In this document: piece after piece, positions 1 to 8,586 of the stretch
How the letters are laid out: the number at the start of each line of letters is the position of its first letter
Numbering within the stretch: the stretch's first letter is position 1
Assembly: GCA_913055965.1 (NCBI GenBank)
Contig: CAJXKX010000001.1
Coordinates: 1-32,398, forward strand
Direction: 5' to 3'
DNA length: 32,398 nt
Source of the DNA: an uncultured Roseovarius sp.
Lineage (GTDB): Bacteria; Pseudomonadota; Alphaproteobacteria; Rhodobacterales; Rhodobacteraceae
Translations under genes and position numbers: made by a program
The notes under the pieces: model-generated
Told to the model about the DNA's origin: nothing
Databases searched by the model: none
What the model saw: only the letters and a program-made list of their open reading frames with translations

Positions 1-342
1 CCCCGCCGCGAAACCGATCGAAAGCGCCAGGATGGTCGCGAGATAGACAGGCAAGGCCATGGCTGCGCCGAACAGGACGAGGAGGGCGAGGCCGATTTCG
101 GCACCGGGCACGAAGGGCAGGGCGAGCAGCACCGTGTAAAGCAACAGAAGCGTCCAGAGCATGCCGCGCGATGCCGCTGCGCGGCCGATGACCTCGGGCA
201 GCGACGCTGACATGTCCCCCCACGCGACGAGCAGGGCAACCGCCGCAGCCGCGAGGAGGGCGCGGCCGGCGATGCGGCGGCGACGCGGACCGGTATCGAG
301 CGGCGCGCCGCACGTCCCGTGTTTGCTTCGAGGTGCAGTCAT
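1..342 (-). CDS. Membrane protein, possibly DedA/VTT-like; runs off the left edge of the window
   Basis: Manual translation (not in the ORF track): MTAPRSKH...GMLWTLLLLYTVLLALPFVPGAEIGLALLVLFGAAMALPVYLATILALSIGFAAG. Multiple hydrophobic helices; the ATG overlaps the stop of the upstream gene (ATGA at 339-342). Confidence 0.65.
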   Translation of the reverse strand, partial: MTAPRSKHGTCGAPLDTGPRRRRIAGRALLAAAAVALLVAWGDMSASLPEVIGRAAASRGMLWTLLLLYTVLLALPFVPGAEIGLALLVLFGAAMALPVYLATILALSIGFAAG

Positions 343-743
343 GGCCGCCCCGCCACCGGATGCCCGGCGGGCCACCGCCAGGCGACCCAAAGGATCACGG
401 TCATGGCGGCAAGCTCGATGATCAGATGCAGGACATCATCCTTATCGGTCGGTGGCGCCATCATCATGCCCGCAGCCGTGACCGGAACCGCAACGAAGGT
501 GGCGCGGCGCAGCCATTCGCGCGTCAGCAGGTGCGACAGGAGCACCATGCCGATGGGCACCTGAACGAGGATACCGGCCATCAGCATGATTTCCTCCGTG
601 ATCCTCACCCCGTTCTGGTAGCCGGTCAGCAGCGACTCGAGATACCAGGCCATTCCAAGCTGATGGAAATCCCGGAAAATCACGTTGAGCAAGATGAACA
701 GCCAAAGGGTGGACAGGAACGTGTGGGGGTCGGGTTTGCGCAT
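339..743 (-). CDS. DUF6326-like small integral membrane protein
   Basis: MRKPDPHTFLSTLWLFILLNVIFRDFHQ... with about 4 TM segments; CAGGAG RBS just upstream of the ATG at 743. The ORF-track 5' extension is rejected. Confidence 0.7.
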   Translation of the reverse strand: MRKPDPHTFLSTLWLFILLNVIFRDFHQLGMAWYLESLLTGYQNGVRITEEIMLMAGILVQVPIGMVLLSHLLTREWLRRATFVAVPVTAAGMMMAPPTDKDDVLHLIIELAAMTVILWVAWRWPAGHPVAGRP

Positions 744-793
744 TGCGGTCTCCTGTTGTCGGGGGATGGGGCAGGTCGGGCACCCGGCGAGGT

Positions 794-1462
794 TCATGGC
801 GGACCGGACATCGTGGCCTGCCCGCGCCAGCGCCCGAAGGGGCGACGGATCAGGATTTCCGCGATCCCGGCATTGAGCCCCCAGCCCGCCACCATCACCA
901 GGTCCCGCGCGAGGCCGAGCGGTTCGTGTCCGAATGCGATTATGGCGATCAGGAAGAGCACCGTCTGGGTCGAGGCACCCTGGCCGATGGCATAGGCGCG
1001 CAGCATGGCGGCACGATGCGCGGCCACGTTGCGGGACCGGACCGCGACGACGGCCCAGGCGATGAGGGCGGTCATCACGAGGCCGAGCACGACCCGCGTC
1101 GCACAGAGCAAGGGGCCCTGAAGCGCGGCGGGAAACGAATAGGACAAGGTCATCCACAGCCCCGTGAGCGCGCTCATGCACCCCGCGGTCGCCACCACGC
1201 GCCCGAGCGTCCGGTGCCGGGCGGGGCTGTGGTGCCGCAGGCTGGGCAGGAATTGCACCGCCCCCGCCAGGCAGAACACCGAACTGCCGAGGATATGGAG
1301 CGTCACCGGCACGGGATCGATCACCGCCCGCGGGTTCGGCGGTACGAGTGCGGGCCCCCCGAAAAGCTCGGGAATGCGCAACAGTCCGACGACAGCCGGA
1401 ATAAAGGAGTAGAGGAAGATCAGGCCGAGAAAGGCCCGTTCGCGACGGGGGATGAGGTGCAT
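794..1462 (-). CDS. DUF2306-like membrane protein
   Basis: Motifs LHILGSSVFCLAGAVQF, HRTLGRV, SALTGLWMT, HRAAMLRAYAIGQGASTQ; about 6 TM helices. Start placed at MHLIPRR. Confidence 0.75.
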   Translation of the reverse strand: MHLIPRRERAFLGLIFLYSFIPAVVGLLRIPELFGGPALVPPNPRAVIDPVPVTLHILGSSVFCLAGAVQFLPSLRHHSPARHRTLGRVVATAGCMSALTGLWMTLSYSFPAALQGPLLCATRVVLGLVMTALIAWAVVAVRSRNVAAHRAAMLRAYAIGQGASTQTVLFLIAIIAFGHEPLGLARDLVMVAGWGLNAGIAEILIRRPFGRWRGQATMSGPP

Positions 1463-1788
1463 GCGTCGGGCTTTCAGGCCGGGGGTCTGGTTCGCATCCG
1501 CCGACCCTGCGGGCCGGCGTGGTCGGGCTCTCGCCGCGACGAGACGGCGGCGCGGTGCGCTTTCAGGACGTCGGGCGCGCCTGCGGGCGCGGGCGAAGAG
1601 CCTCGCGCAGTACGGTGCCGGAGGGGTTGGTCGGTCATCGGTCGATCCGTGCCTTCTCGTCGTGTCGGGTGGCCGGGGGCGGCGCGCCGCGCCTGTCGGC
1701 GAGGCGCGTCCCGGTGTCGTCCGACGTATCGCCATGCGCATGCGATTGGTCGATTGCCTAAATCCGTCCAACTGCTATACGCTTTTAT

Positions 1789-2703
1789 ATGAACTGGCAG
1801 GCCATCTCCTTTGACTGGAATCAGGTGCGCGCGTTCCTCGCAACAGCCGAGGAGGGCTCTTTCAGCGGTGCCGCGCGCGTGCTCAGAACCACGCAGCCGA
1901 CCGTCGGGCGGCAGATCGGTGCGCTGGAGGACGCGTTGGGCGTGACCCTTGTCGAGCGCAGCGTGCGGGGTCTCACGCTGACCGAAGCGGGCCGTGACCT
2001 GCTTCTCCATGTCCGTGCGATGGGCGAGGCCGCGACGCTTCTCTCCATGGTGGCGGACGGCAAATCGCAGGAGGTCACGGGCGAGGTCACGGTCACGGGG
2101 ACCGATCTCCTGTCCGCGGTGGTCCTTCCGGGCGTTCTCAAGCCCCTGCGCGAGGCTGCACCGGGCATCCGTGTCCGCATTCTCGCCTCCAGCGAGCTGG
2201 AAAACCTGGCGGGGCGTGACGCTGATATCGCGATCCGGCACATCCGGCCGGAGCAGCCCGACCTCATCGCCCGGCATCTCGGTGATTTCCGTGCGAATCT
2301 CTACGCCGCGTCGGACTATCTGGACCGGGTCGGCCGTCCGCGCAGGATCCGGGATATCGCCGACCACGATTTCGTCGGAAACGCCGATCCCGATCGCCTG
2401 ATCGCCCCGCTGCACAACATGGGGGTGCCCGTCCGCCCCGAGAGCTTTGTCATGTCGAGCGCGAACGGCATCGTCGCCTGGGAGTTGCTGAAGGCGGGTT
2501 TCGGCGTGTCCATGCAGCCCGAAACGCTGGGCGAGTCCGAGCCTGGCGTCGAGAAGGTGTTGCCCGGCTTTCCTTCGCTCGAGTTCCCGATCTGGCTCGT
2601 CACGCACAGGGAGCTGCAGACCAGCCGCCGCATCCGGATCGTGTTTGATCTGCTCGCCCGCGGCCTTGCCGAGCGTGTGAGCCGCCCGCAAAGCGCCGCT
2701 TGA
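1789..2703 (+). CDS. LysR-family transcriptional regulator
   Basis: N-terminal HTH (DWNQVRAFLATAEEGSFSGAARVLRTTQPTVGRQIGALE) and a C-terminal effector domain (DADIAIR...WLVTHRELQTSRRIR); divergent from the membrane-protein operon. Confidence 0.95.
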   Translation: MNWQAISFDWNQVRAFLATAEEGSFSGAARVLRTTQPTVGRQIGALEDALGVTLVERSVRGLTLTEAGRDLLLHVRAMGEAATLLSMVADGKSQEVTGEVTVTGTDLLSAVVLPGVLKPLREAAPGIRVRILASSELENLAGRDADIAIRHIRPEQPDLIARHLGDFRANLYAASDYLDRVGRPRRIRDIADHDFVGNADPDRLIAPLHNMGVPVRPESFVMSSANGIVAWELLKAGFGVSMQPETLGESEPGVEKVLPGFPSLEFPIWLVTHRELQTSRRIRIVFDLLARGLAERVSRPQSAA

Positions 2704-2716
2704 CACGAGGGCGGTG

Positions 2717-2831
2717 GCCATCGTAATCGGCCCGAGGCTTCAGACGCCTGCCGCCCGCCGACATCCTGTCCCGGTGAAGTTCTGCAACCGATACGATCCT
2801 TCTCATCCACGGCACCTGTCGCGCGGATGGC
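2717..2831 (+). ncRNA. Candidate structured leader RNA upstream of the glyoxalase-superfamily gene
   Basis: Nested pairings by eye: 2720-2730 with 2788-2797 (10 bp, one bulge); 2736-2742 with 2775-2781; hairpin 2760-2770; alternative helix 2717-2722 with 2826-2831. Confidence 0.35.
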
Positions 2832-2885
2832 AATGCGGGCCCCGTCCAGTCCTTGCGCGACCTCAGCCGGAAGGAGAACGGGATC

Positions 2886-3041
2886 ATGTCCCAAATCAAA
2901 CCATATCTCGCCGGGCCGGTTGGCCGGTTCCCTGTCTGCGTATCGCGCGCGATCATCCGTTCGAGGGGCGTGAATGGTCGTCTCGCCGCCGCCGTGCGGC
3001 CTGCCGGGCGGTTCGGCACCGGGCCGGAGGTGCGGCCATGA
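2886..3041 (+). CDS. Putative 51-aa leader/small ORF
   Basis: Strong GAAGGAG RBS upstream; the stop overlaps the start of the next gene (ATGA at 3038-3041); no recognisable domain. Confidence 0.35.
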   Translation: MSQIKPYLAGPVGRFPVCVSRAIIRSRGVNGRLAAAVRPAGRFGTGPEVRP

Positions 3042-3466
3042 CGCAGGATTTGCCAACCCCCGCGCAGGCCAAGCGCGAGGCCAGACGGCTGCGCGCGGAG
3101 CGCGCCGCCCGGGGCACCGCGATCAGCCACGCCCAGGCGCTCGAGTCGATTGCGCGTCGATACGGCTTTCGTGAGTGGAATGCGCTTCACGCCGCGATCC
3201 GCGACCGCATTCCGGATGCCTGGGCGCCCGGCGGGCGGGTCTCCGGCCGCTACCTCTCGCAGCCTTTCGCGGCAACGGTCCTCTCTGCCGAGCGCTTGCC
3301 GTCCGGATGGGTCCGGATCGCGCTCGATCTCGACACGGCGGTTGACGTGGTGCGCTTCGACAGCTTTACCAACCTGCGCAAACGGGTGTTCGGCACGGTG
3401 GGGCCGGACGGTCACTCGCGCGACCGCACGTCGGACGGCGAACCGCATCTGCGGCTTGACCTGTAG
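3038..3466 (+). CDS. Glyoxalase-superfamily (Glyoxalase_8-like) protein
   Basis: AKREARRLR...ISHAQALESIARRYGFREWNALHA N-terminal helical motif and a C-terminal GGRVSGRYLSQPF...DVVRFDSFTNLRKRV domain; GGAGG RBS. Confidence 0.8.
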   Translation: MTQDLPTPAQAKREARRLRAERAARGTAISHAQALESIARRYGFREWNALHAAIRDRIPDAWAPGGRVSGRYLSQPFAATVLSAERLPSGWVRIALDLDTAVDVVRFDSFTNLRKRVFGTVGPDGHSRDRTSDGEPHLRLDL

Positions 3467-3544
3467 CGCGGGACCGGCGATCTGGCGCCCCTCTGCGATA
3501 CGGTGGAGAGGGGCGTCAGCCATCCGGACGCAGGAGAGAACCGC

Positions 3545-4039
3545 TTGAGAATGCGCGACTACCGATCCGCGGACGCGGCTGTTCTGGCCGAAATCCTGCA
3601 CGCAGCCGTCCATGAAATCGGCGGGCGGGACTACACGGCTGCGCAGTTGGCGGACTGGAGCCCCGCGCCCCTGTCCGCCGAAAGCTTTCATTCCAGGGTG
3701 TCGGACGGCCGGTCCGTCTTCGTCGCCGTCTCGGCGGCGGATGTGCCCCATGCCTTCATCGAACTGGAGCGCGACGGCCATATCGACTGCTTCTACTGCC
3801 ACCCGGAGGTGGCCGGAACCGGGGTCGGCAGATTGCTGTTCGCGCATCTGAAGACTGCCGCCATCGCCGCCCGCATTCCGCGCCTCTACGTGGAAGCCAG
3901 CGAGGCGGCGCGGCGGTTCTTGCTTCGGGAAGGCTTCCACGTCATCGCGCGCCGCGACTTCGAACGCGGCGGCGTGGAAATCCACAACTACGACATGGAA
4001 TTGCGACTGTCACACCTTGGTGACGGCAATCGAGCCTGA
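3545..4039 (+). CDS. GNAT-family N-acetyltransferase (YafP-like)
   Basis: DYTAAQLADW, GHIDCFYCHPEVAGTGVGRLL (acetyl-CoA motif A), LYVEASEAARRF. Start is TTG 3545 or ATG 3551, after AGGAGAG. Confidence 0.9.
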   Translation: MRMRDYRSADAAVLAEILHAAVHEIGGRDYTAAQLADWSPAPLSAESFHSRVSDGRSVFVAVSAADVPHAFIELERDGHIDCFYCHPEVAGTGVGRLLFAHLKTAAIAARIPRLYVEASEAARRFLLREGFHVIARRDFERGGVEIHNYDMELRLSHLGDGNRA

Positions 4040-4174
4040 AGGCTTCGACGCCTACAGGCTCGCCGGGGTAGGTGCCCGGAAGGCCGGATCATCCGAAGGG
4101 GGCTGCCCGGATCGCTGCCGGACCCACGCACATCGCGCGCGGCCCCACGGACAGGAGCCGCCACGCGCCCGGGC

Positions 4175-4630
4175 TCAGGCAGCGCGGGCCGTGAGATAGG
4201 CCGCGTTGCCCGCCAGAAGCTCGGACAGCCCCTTGCCCAGTTGTTTGCGCATGATCGGCCGAAGCAACAGGCCCAACGGTCCGAATTTCGGCGTGAATCG
4301 CGCGGTCGCGGTGATCTCGGTGCGCATCGGGCCAAGTGGTTTGAAGGTGAAGGTGACGTAGGCCACCTTCAGGGGGATGTTGCCGTCGTAGATCTTGAGC
4401 GTCATCTTGCGCAGTTCCTCGTAGGCGACGATCTCCTCGAGGATGTAGTTCTTGCCGCCCACAAAATCGCAGCGCCGCTTGGCGCCGAGGCCGGTGGCAC
4501 GGCTGTTCTCGACAAGATAGGAAGTCTCGAGTCCGGGGTGGAAGCTGTGAACATCGGCGTAGCGGTCCCAACTGTCCCATACGGTTGCGAGCGGGGCCTC
4601 GACGGTTTGCTTGAGGGTGACAGGTGCCAT
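4175..4630 (-). CDS. SRPBCC/polyketide-cyclase-family protein
   Basis: VEAPLATVWD...GLGAKRRCDF...EEIVAYEE...C-terminal helix; GAAAGGA RBS. Confidence 0.85.
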   Translation of the reverse strand: MAPVTLKQTVEAPLATVWDSWDRYADVHSFHPGLETSYLVENSRATGLGAKRRCDFVGGKNYILEEIVAYEELRKMTLKIYDGNIPLKVAYVTFTFKPLGPMRTEITATARFTPKFGPLGLLLRPIMRKQLGKGLSELLAGNAAYLTARAA

Positions 4631-4644
4631 TGGAGATCGTCCTT

Positions 4645-5076
4645 TCAGGGCTTGGTTGCAGGAGGCGGGGACAGTTCGACGGTCAGATGACTGTCCCAGA
4701 ACGCCGCGTGGCCCGCGAGGACGGCGGCGAAATCGAAGGTTTCATAGGTCCAGCCGATCTCTTCTTCCCCGAGCGAGAGGTAGCGGGCGTGGCCCTTGAG
4801 CGGGCAGGTCGTGCGGATCGGGCCAGCTGTGACGCGGGGCCGGATGTGGTCGAGCGGCACGTAGAGACGCGGCGGGTAGACGATGTGACCGACCTCGACG
4901 ACCTGCAGCGCCGCGAAGGTGTCGCAGAGCAGGGTCTTGCGCCACCACGCCCGCAGCCGGGCGCCGATGGGGCGCGCCGTCATGAAATGCGCCGGGTTGT
5001 CCGGGTTCCGGATCGCGCCCTCGATCCCGGGCAGGGCGCGCGCCGCTGTGTTCGCCTGTATCTCGACCTGTGTCAT
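4645..5076 (-). CDS. DUF427-family protein
   Basis: YPPRLYVPLDHI and TTCPLKGHARY motifs, WTYE; start placed at MTQVEIQ after AAGGA. Confidence 0.8.
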   Translation of the reverse strand: MTQVEIQANTAARALPGIEGAIRNPDNPAHFMTARPIGARLRAWWRKTLLCDTFAALQVVEVGHIVYPPRLYVPLDHIRPRVTAGPIRTTCPLKGHARYLSLGEEEIGWTYETFDFAAVLAGHAAFWDSHLTVELSPPPATKP

Positions 5077-5141
5077 GTCGCGATGTCCTTGCATTGCCGG
5101 ATCCTTCGCGGCACCTTATGTGGAGCGGTAGCGAGATGACG

Positions 5142-5181
5142 ATGCCGAATAATGCCGCTTTGCATTTCATATTTGAACCAT
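5142..5181 (-). promoter_or_regulatory. Probable LysR operator/promoter for the DUF427-SRPBCC operon (copy 1)
   Basis: AT-rich; its reverse complement matches 6101-6140 at 26 of 40 positions with no gaps. Confidence 0.6.
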
Positions 5182-5195
5182 GGAGACATGATGCC

Positions 5196-6095
5196 ATGCG
5201 CGATCTCGACTGGGATCAGCTTCGAATCTTCCTTGCCGTTCATCGGGGCCGTTCGGTGCGCGCGGCGGCGCAGCTCTTGCGGGTCAGCCACTCCACCGTG
5301 TCGCGCCGCCTGACCGAACTTGAGGCCGGGCTTGGCGCGCGGCTGTTCGATCGTGGACCGGACGGGTTTTCGCTAACCGAGGTGGGCGCGGCGGCGCTGC
5401 CACGCGCCGAGCGCGCCGAGACCGAGATCCTGGGGCTTCAGCGCGATGTCTTCGGGCAGGATGCCCGGCTGTCGGGAACGGTGCGGATCACCATGCCGCC
5501 GGTCTTTGCCGAACGGCTGATCATGCCGCACCTGGCCGAGTTCGCCGCCCGTTACCCCGATGTGCGGCTCGAGATCATCCCGACCTACGCGCTGTCCGAC
5601 CTGTCGCGCCGCGATGCGGACATCGCCGTGCGTTTCCAGGAGAAGCCCGATTCCTACCTGTTCGGACGGCGGCTGCCGCGATTCGCGGACGCGATCTATG
5701 CCACGCCGGACTACGTCGCCGCCCACCGATTCGACGGCGAGGCACCGACGGCGACCTGGCTGGGCTGGGGCGACAGCGAGGACCTGCCCGCATGGGTGGC
5801 CGACACGCCCTTTCCGCGGTGCCGGGTCTGGCACGACTGCGCCGACCCGCTGGCGCAGGTCGAGGCCGCCAAGGCGGGGATGGGCATGGCGGTGCTGCCC
5901 TGCCTGATCGGCGATCCGGAGCCCGGGCTGGTGCGGGTGCTGGGCCATCCGCCCTACAAGGGACGTCAGGGCTGGGTGCTGACGCATCCCGATCTCAGGA
6001 CCACCGAGCGCGTGCGCGTCTGTGTCCGCTTCATATGTGAGGCCGTGGAGCGGCACGCCGATCTCGTGACCGGCAATCACGGGGGCGGGGCATGA
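5196..6095 (+). CDS. LysR-family transcriptional regulator
   Basis: MRDLDWDQLRIFLAVHRGRSVRAAAQLLRVSHSTVSRRL HTH; DLSRRDADIAVR; WVLTHPDLRTTERVR. Confidence 0.95.
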   Translation: MRDLDWDQLRIFLAVHRGRSVRAAAQLLRVSHSTVSRRLTELEAGLGARLFDRGPDGFSLTEVGAAALPRAERAETEILGLQRDVFGQDARLSGTVRITMPPVFAERLIMPHLAEFAARYPDVRLEIIPTYALSDLSRRDADIAVRFQEKPDSYLFGRRLPRFADAIYATPDYVAAHRFDGEAPTATWLGWGDSEDLPAWVADTPFPRCRVWHDCADPLAQVEAAKAGMGMAVLPCLIGDPEPGLVRVLGHPPYKGRQGWVLTHPDLRTTERVRVCVRFICEAVERHADLVTGNHGGGA

Positions 6096-6100
6096 ATAGC

Positions 6101-6140
6101 CTGGTGCAATTTTGCGATTTAAAGGCGCGGTATTGAGCAT
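6101..6140 (+). promoter_or_regulatory. Probable LysR operator/promoter for the hydrolase-egtB unit (copy 2)
   Basis: CTGGTGCAATTTTGCGATTTAAAGGCGCGGTATTGAGCAT, homologous to the reverse complement of 5142-5181. Confidence 0.6.
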
Positions 6141-6199
6141 TCAGGCCTGCAAGTCTGATCGCTAGGGTGCGGGCATCCAAACACATGCGGAGATGCCCG

Positions 6200-7303
6200 A
6201 TGTTTCGTCAGTTCACCACAAGGCACAGCGTTGCGCTCGCCCTGGCCATGTCCACCGCGATCACCGCGCTTGCCCTGTCCGTCGCCCGGGCGGACGAGAT
6301 CGTGCGCCCCGAGGCGGGCGCCCCCGCCTATGCGGGATATCCCTACGCGGCGCATTATGCACGGTTGCCCTCGGGGCCGCGCGTGCACTATCTCGACGAG
6401 GGAGAGGGCGAGGTGCCGCTTCTGCTCGTCCACGGCATCCCGACGCAGGCCTATGTCTGGCGCGAGGTGATCCCCCACCTTGCGCAGAGTCAGCGGGTGA
6501 TCGCGATCGATCAGCCGAACTGGGGCTATTCCGACCACACGCCCGATGTGCGCGGCGGCGTGCCCTGCGCTGGCCATTACGCCGACTGGATCGGCGAATT
6601 CGTCGACACGCTCGGGCTGGAAAAGGTCCGGCTGGTGCTGTTCGACATGGGCTTCACCGGATTTCTCTATGCCGCGCGCAACCCCGATGAGGTGGCGGGC
6701 ATCGCGTTCTTCGAAACCGTGCTCGGCCCGCTGCCGCGCGACCGCGTCCCGCCCTTCATCGAGGCGGTGCTGTCGGAGGAGGGTGTCGCGCTCTCGACCG
6801 AGGCCAATTTCTTTACCGAGACGCTGCTCTTCAACAACGCGTTCAACGGGGCGGAGCCGTTGCCCTTCCGCACGATGACGCGCGACCTCGAAGACGCCGA
6901 GGCCGCCGTCTATCACCGTGCACGCCCCACGCCCGCGCACCGGCAGGCAGAGCTATTCGACCGTGAGTGCCTGGGCTTTGTCGGCGCGCGCGAGAGCGAT
7001 CCCGGAACGCCCGCGCAGAAGGCGCAGAACCTCGCGGAATTCACCGAGTTCGCCACCTACCTCGCCACCACCGACACGCCGCGTCTGGCGATCTTCGGCA
7101 ATCCGGGTCTGGTGATGCCCGCGATGCTCGAGGGGGTCGTGACCGGGGCGGTCCCGCCCGAGCACGGCGGCTGGCCGAGCACCGAGACCGTATCGGTCGC
7201 GCATATGTCCGCCCCGACGCTGCATTACTGGCCGGAGGAGCGCAACGGCGCCCCCGGGGAACTGGCCGGACATATCCTCGACTGGATCGCGCGCGGCCAT
7301 TAG
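6200..7303 (+). CDS. Secreted alpha/beta hydrolase, haloalkane-dehalogenase (HLD-II)-like
   Basis: Signal peptide ending ARA-DE; VHYLDEG, LLVHGIPT, VIAIDQPNWGYSD, nucleophile elbow LFDMG, acid FFE, base LHYWPEE; GGAG RBS. Confidence 0.85.
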   Translation: MFRQFTTRHSVALALAMSTAITALALSVARADEIVRPEAGAPAYAGYPYAAHYARLPSGPRVHYLDEGEGEVPLLLVHGIPTQAYVWREVIPHLAQSQRVIAIDQPNWGYSDHTPDVRGGVPCAGHYADWIGEFVDTLGLEKVRLVLFDMGFTGFLYAARNPDEVAGIAFFETVLGPLPRDRVPPFIEAVLSEEGVALSTEANFFTETLLFNNAFNGAEPLPFRTMTRDLEDAEAAVYHRARPTPAHRQAELFDRECLGFVGARESDPGTPAQKAQNLAEFTEFATYLATTDTPRLAIFGNPGLVMPAMLEGVVTGAVPPEHGGWPSTETVSVAHMSAPTLHYWPEERNGAPGELAGHILDWIARGH

Positions 7304-7326
7304 GCCGGATGAGGAGGGCCGTTGCC

Positions 7327-8586
7327 ATGACCGCAACCGACGCCACCCCCCGCGAGGCGCGCATCGCGCGCCTCTTCGCGCAGACCCGCGCGCGGACCGA
7401 TGCTCTGGCGTCGCCCCTGTCGCCGGAGGACATGATGCTCCAGTCGATGGAGGATGCCAGCCCCGCGAAGTGGCACCTCGCGCATACCACGTGGTTTTTC
7501 GAGGCGTTCGTCCTCGGGCGCCATGCGGCGGGCTATCGCTCGCCCGACCCGCGCTTTGCCACGCTCTTCAACAGCTACTACGTCCAGGCCGGACCGCGCC
7601 ACGCGCGTGACCGGCGCGGGCTCCTCTCGCGGCCCGCATTGGCCGAAATCCGGGACTGGCGTGCGCAAGTGGATCACGCCATCGCGGCCCTCATCGCCGA
7701 GGGTCGGGAGGATCTGCAAGCCATCCTCGATCTTGTCGAACTGGGTTGCCACCACGAGATGCAGCATCAGGAACTCCTGCTGACCGACCTGCTGCACGGC
7801 CTGTCCTTCAACCCGCTCCTGCCCGCCTATGCGCCTGGTGCGGCACCGCGCCCCGCGATGCAGGCCGACCCGCTGCGTTTTGCGCCGCATCCGGGCGGGC
7901 TGGTCGTGATCGGCCATGACGGGGCGGGGTTTGCCTATGACTGCGAGGGCCCCCGCCACAAGGTCTGGCTGGAGCCTTTCGCGCTGGCCACGCGGCTTGT
8001 GACCAATGGCAAATGGGCCGCCTTCATCGCCGATGGCGGCTACGAGACGCAGACGCTTTGGCTGTCGGATGGCTGGGCGCGCGCGCGGGCCGAGGGCTGG
8101 GACGCGCCGCTCTACTGGTGGCGGCAGGACGGAGAATGGTGGCGCTATTCCCTGCGCGGGGCGGCTCCGGTGGACATGAACGCGCCGGTCGTCCATGTCA
8201 GCTATTACGAGGCCGAGGCCTTTGCCCGCTGGGCGGGTGCGCGCCTGCCGACCGAGGCCGAATGGGAGGCTGCGGCCGCCGCGACGCCGGTCGCGGGCAA
8301 TTTCCTGGAAAGCGGCGCGCTTGATCCGCTGGGCGGGCCGGGCCTCTGGGGCGATGTCTGGCAATGGACGCAGAGCGCCTTTCTGCCCTATCCCGGCTTT
8401 CGCCCGGCGGACGGGGCGTTGGGGGAGTATAACGGCAAGTTCATGTCGGGGCAGATGGTGCTGCGGGGCGGCTCTTGCGTGACGCCCGCTGCGCAGATGC
8501 GCGCCAGCTACCGCACCTTCTTCTACCCGCATCAGCGCTGGCAGATGCTGGGGGTGCGCCTCGCGCGGGACGGGGGCGAGGGATGA
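7327..8586 (+). CDS. egtB: Ergothioneine biosynthesis sulfoxide synthase EgtB
   Basis: DinB-like domain with SPAKWHLAHTTWFFE, LFNSYY and the iron-binding HEMQHQELLLTD; FGE-like domain with PVVHVSYYEAEAFARWAGARLPTEAEWE, GEYNGKFM, VLRGGSC; GAGGAGG RBS. Confidence 0.93.
   Translation: MTATDATPREARIARLFAQTRARTDALASPLSPEDMMLQSMEDASPAKWHLAHTTWFFEAFVLGRHAAGYRSPDPRFATLFNSYYVQAGPRHARDRRGLLSRPALAEIRDWRAQVDHAIAALIAEGREDLQAILDLVELGCHHEMQHQELLLTDLLHGLSFNPLLPAYAPGAAPRPAMQADPLRFAPHPGGLVVIGHDGAGFAYDCEGPRHKVWLEPFALATRLVTNGKWAAFIADGGYETQTLWLSDGWARARAEGWDAPLYWWRQDGEWWRYSLRGAAPVDMNAPVVHVSYYEAEAFARWAGARLPTEAEWEAAAAATPVAGNFLESGALDPLGGPGLWGDVWQWTQSAFLPYPGFRPADGALGEYNGKFMSGQMVLRGGSCVTPAAQMRASYRTFFYPHQRWQMLGVRLARDGGEG

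Noticed and set aside
1474-1638. Possible 54-aa minus-strand ORF (MTDQPLRHR...) upstream of the DUF2306-like gene
   Set aside because: Low-complexity Arg/Pro/Ala composition, weak RBS spacing and no coupling to the next gene; cannot be supported.
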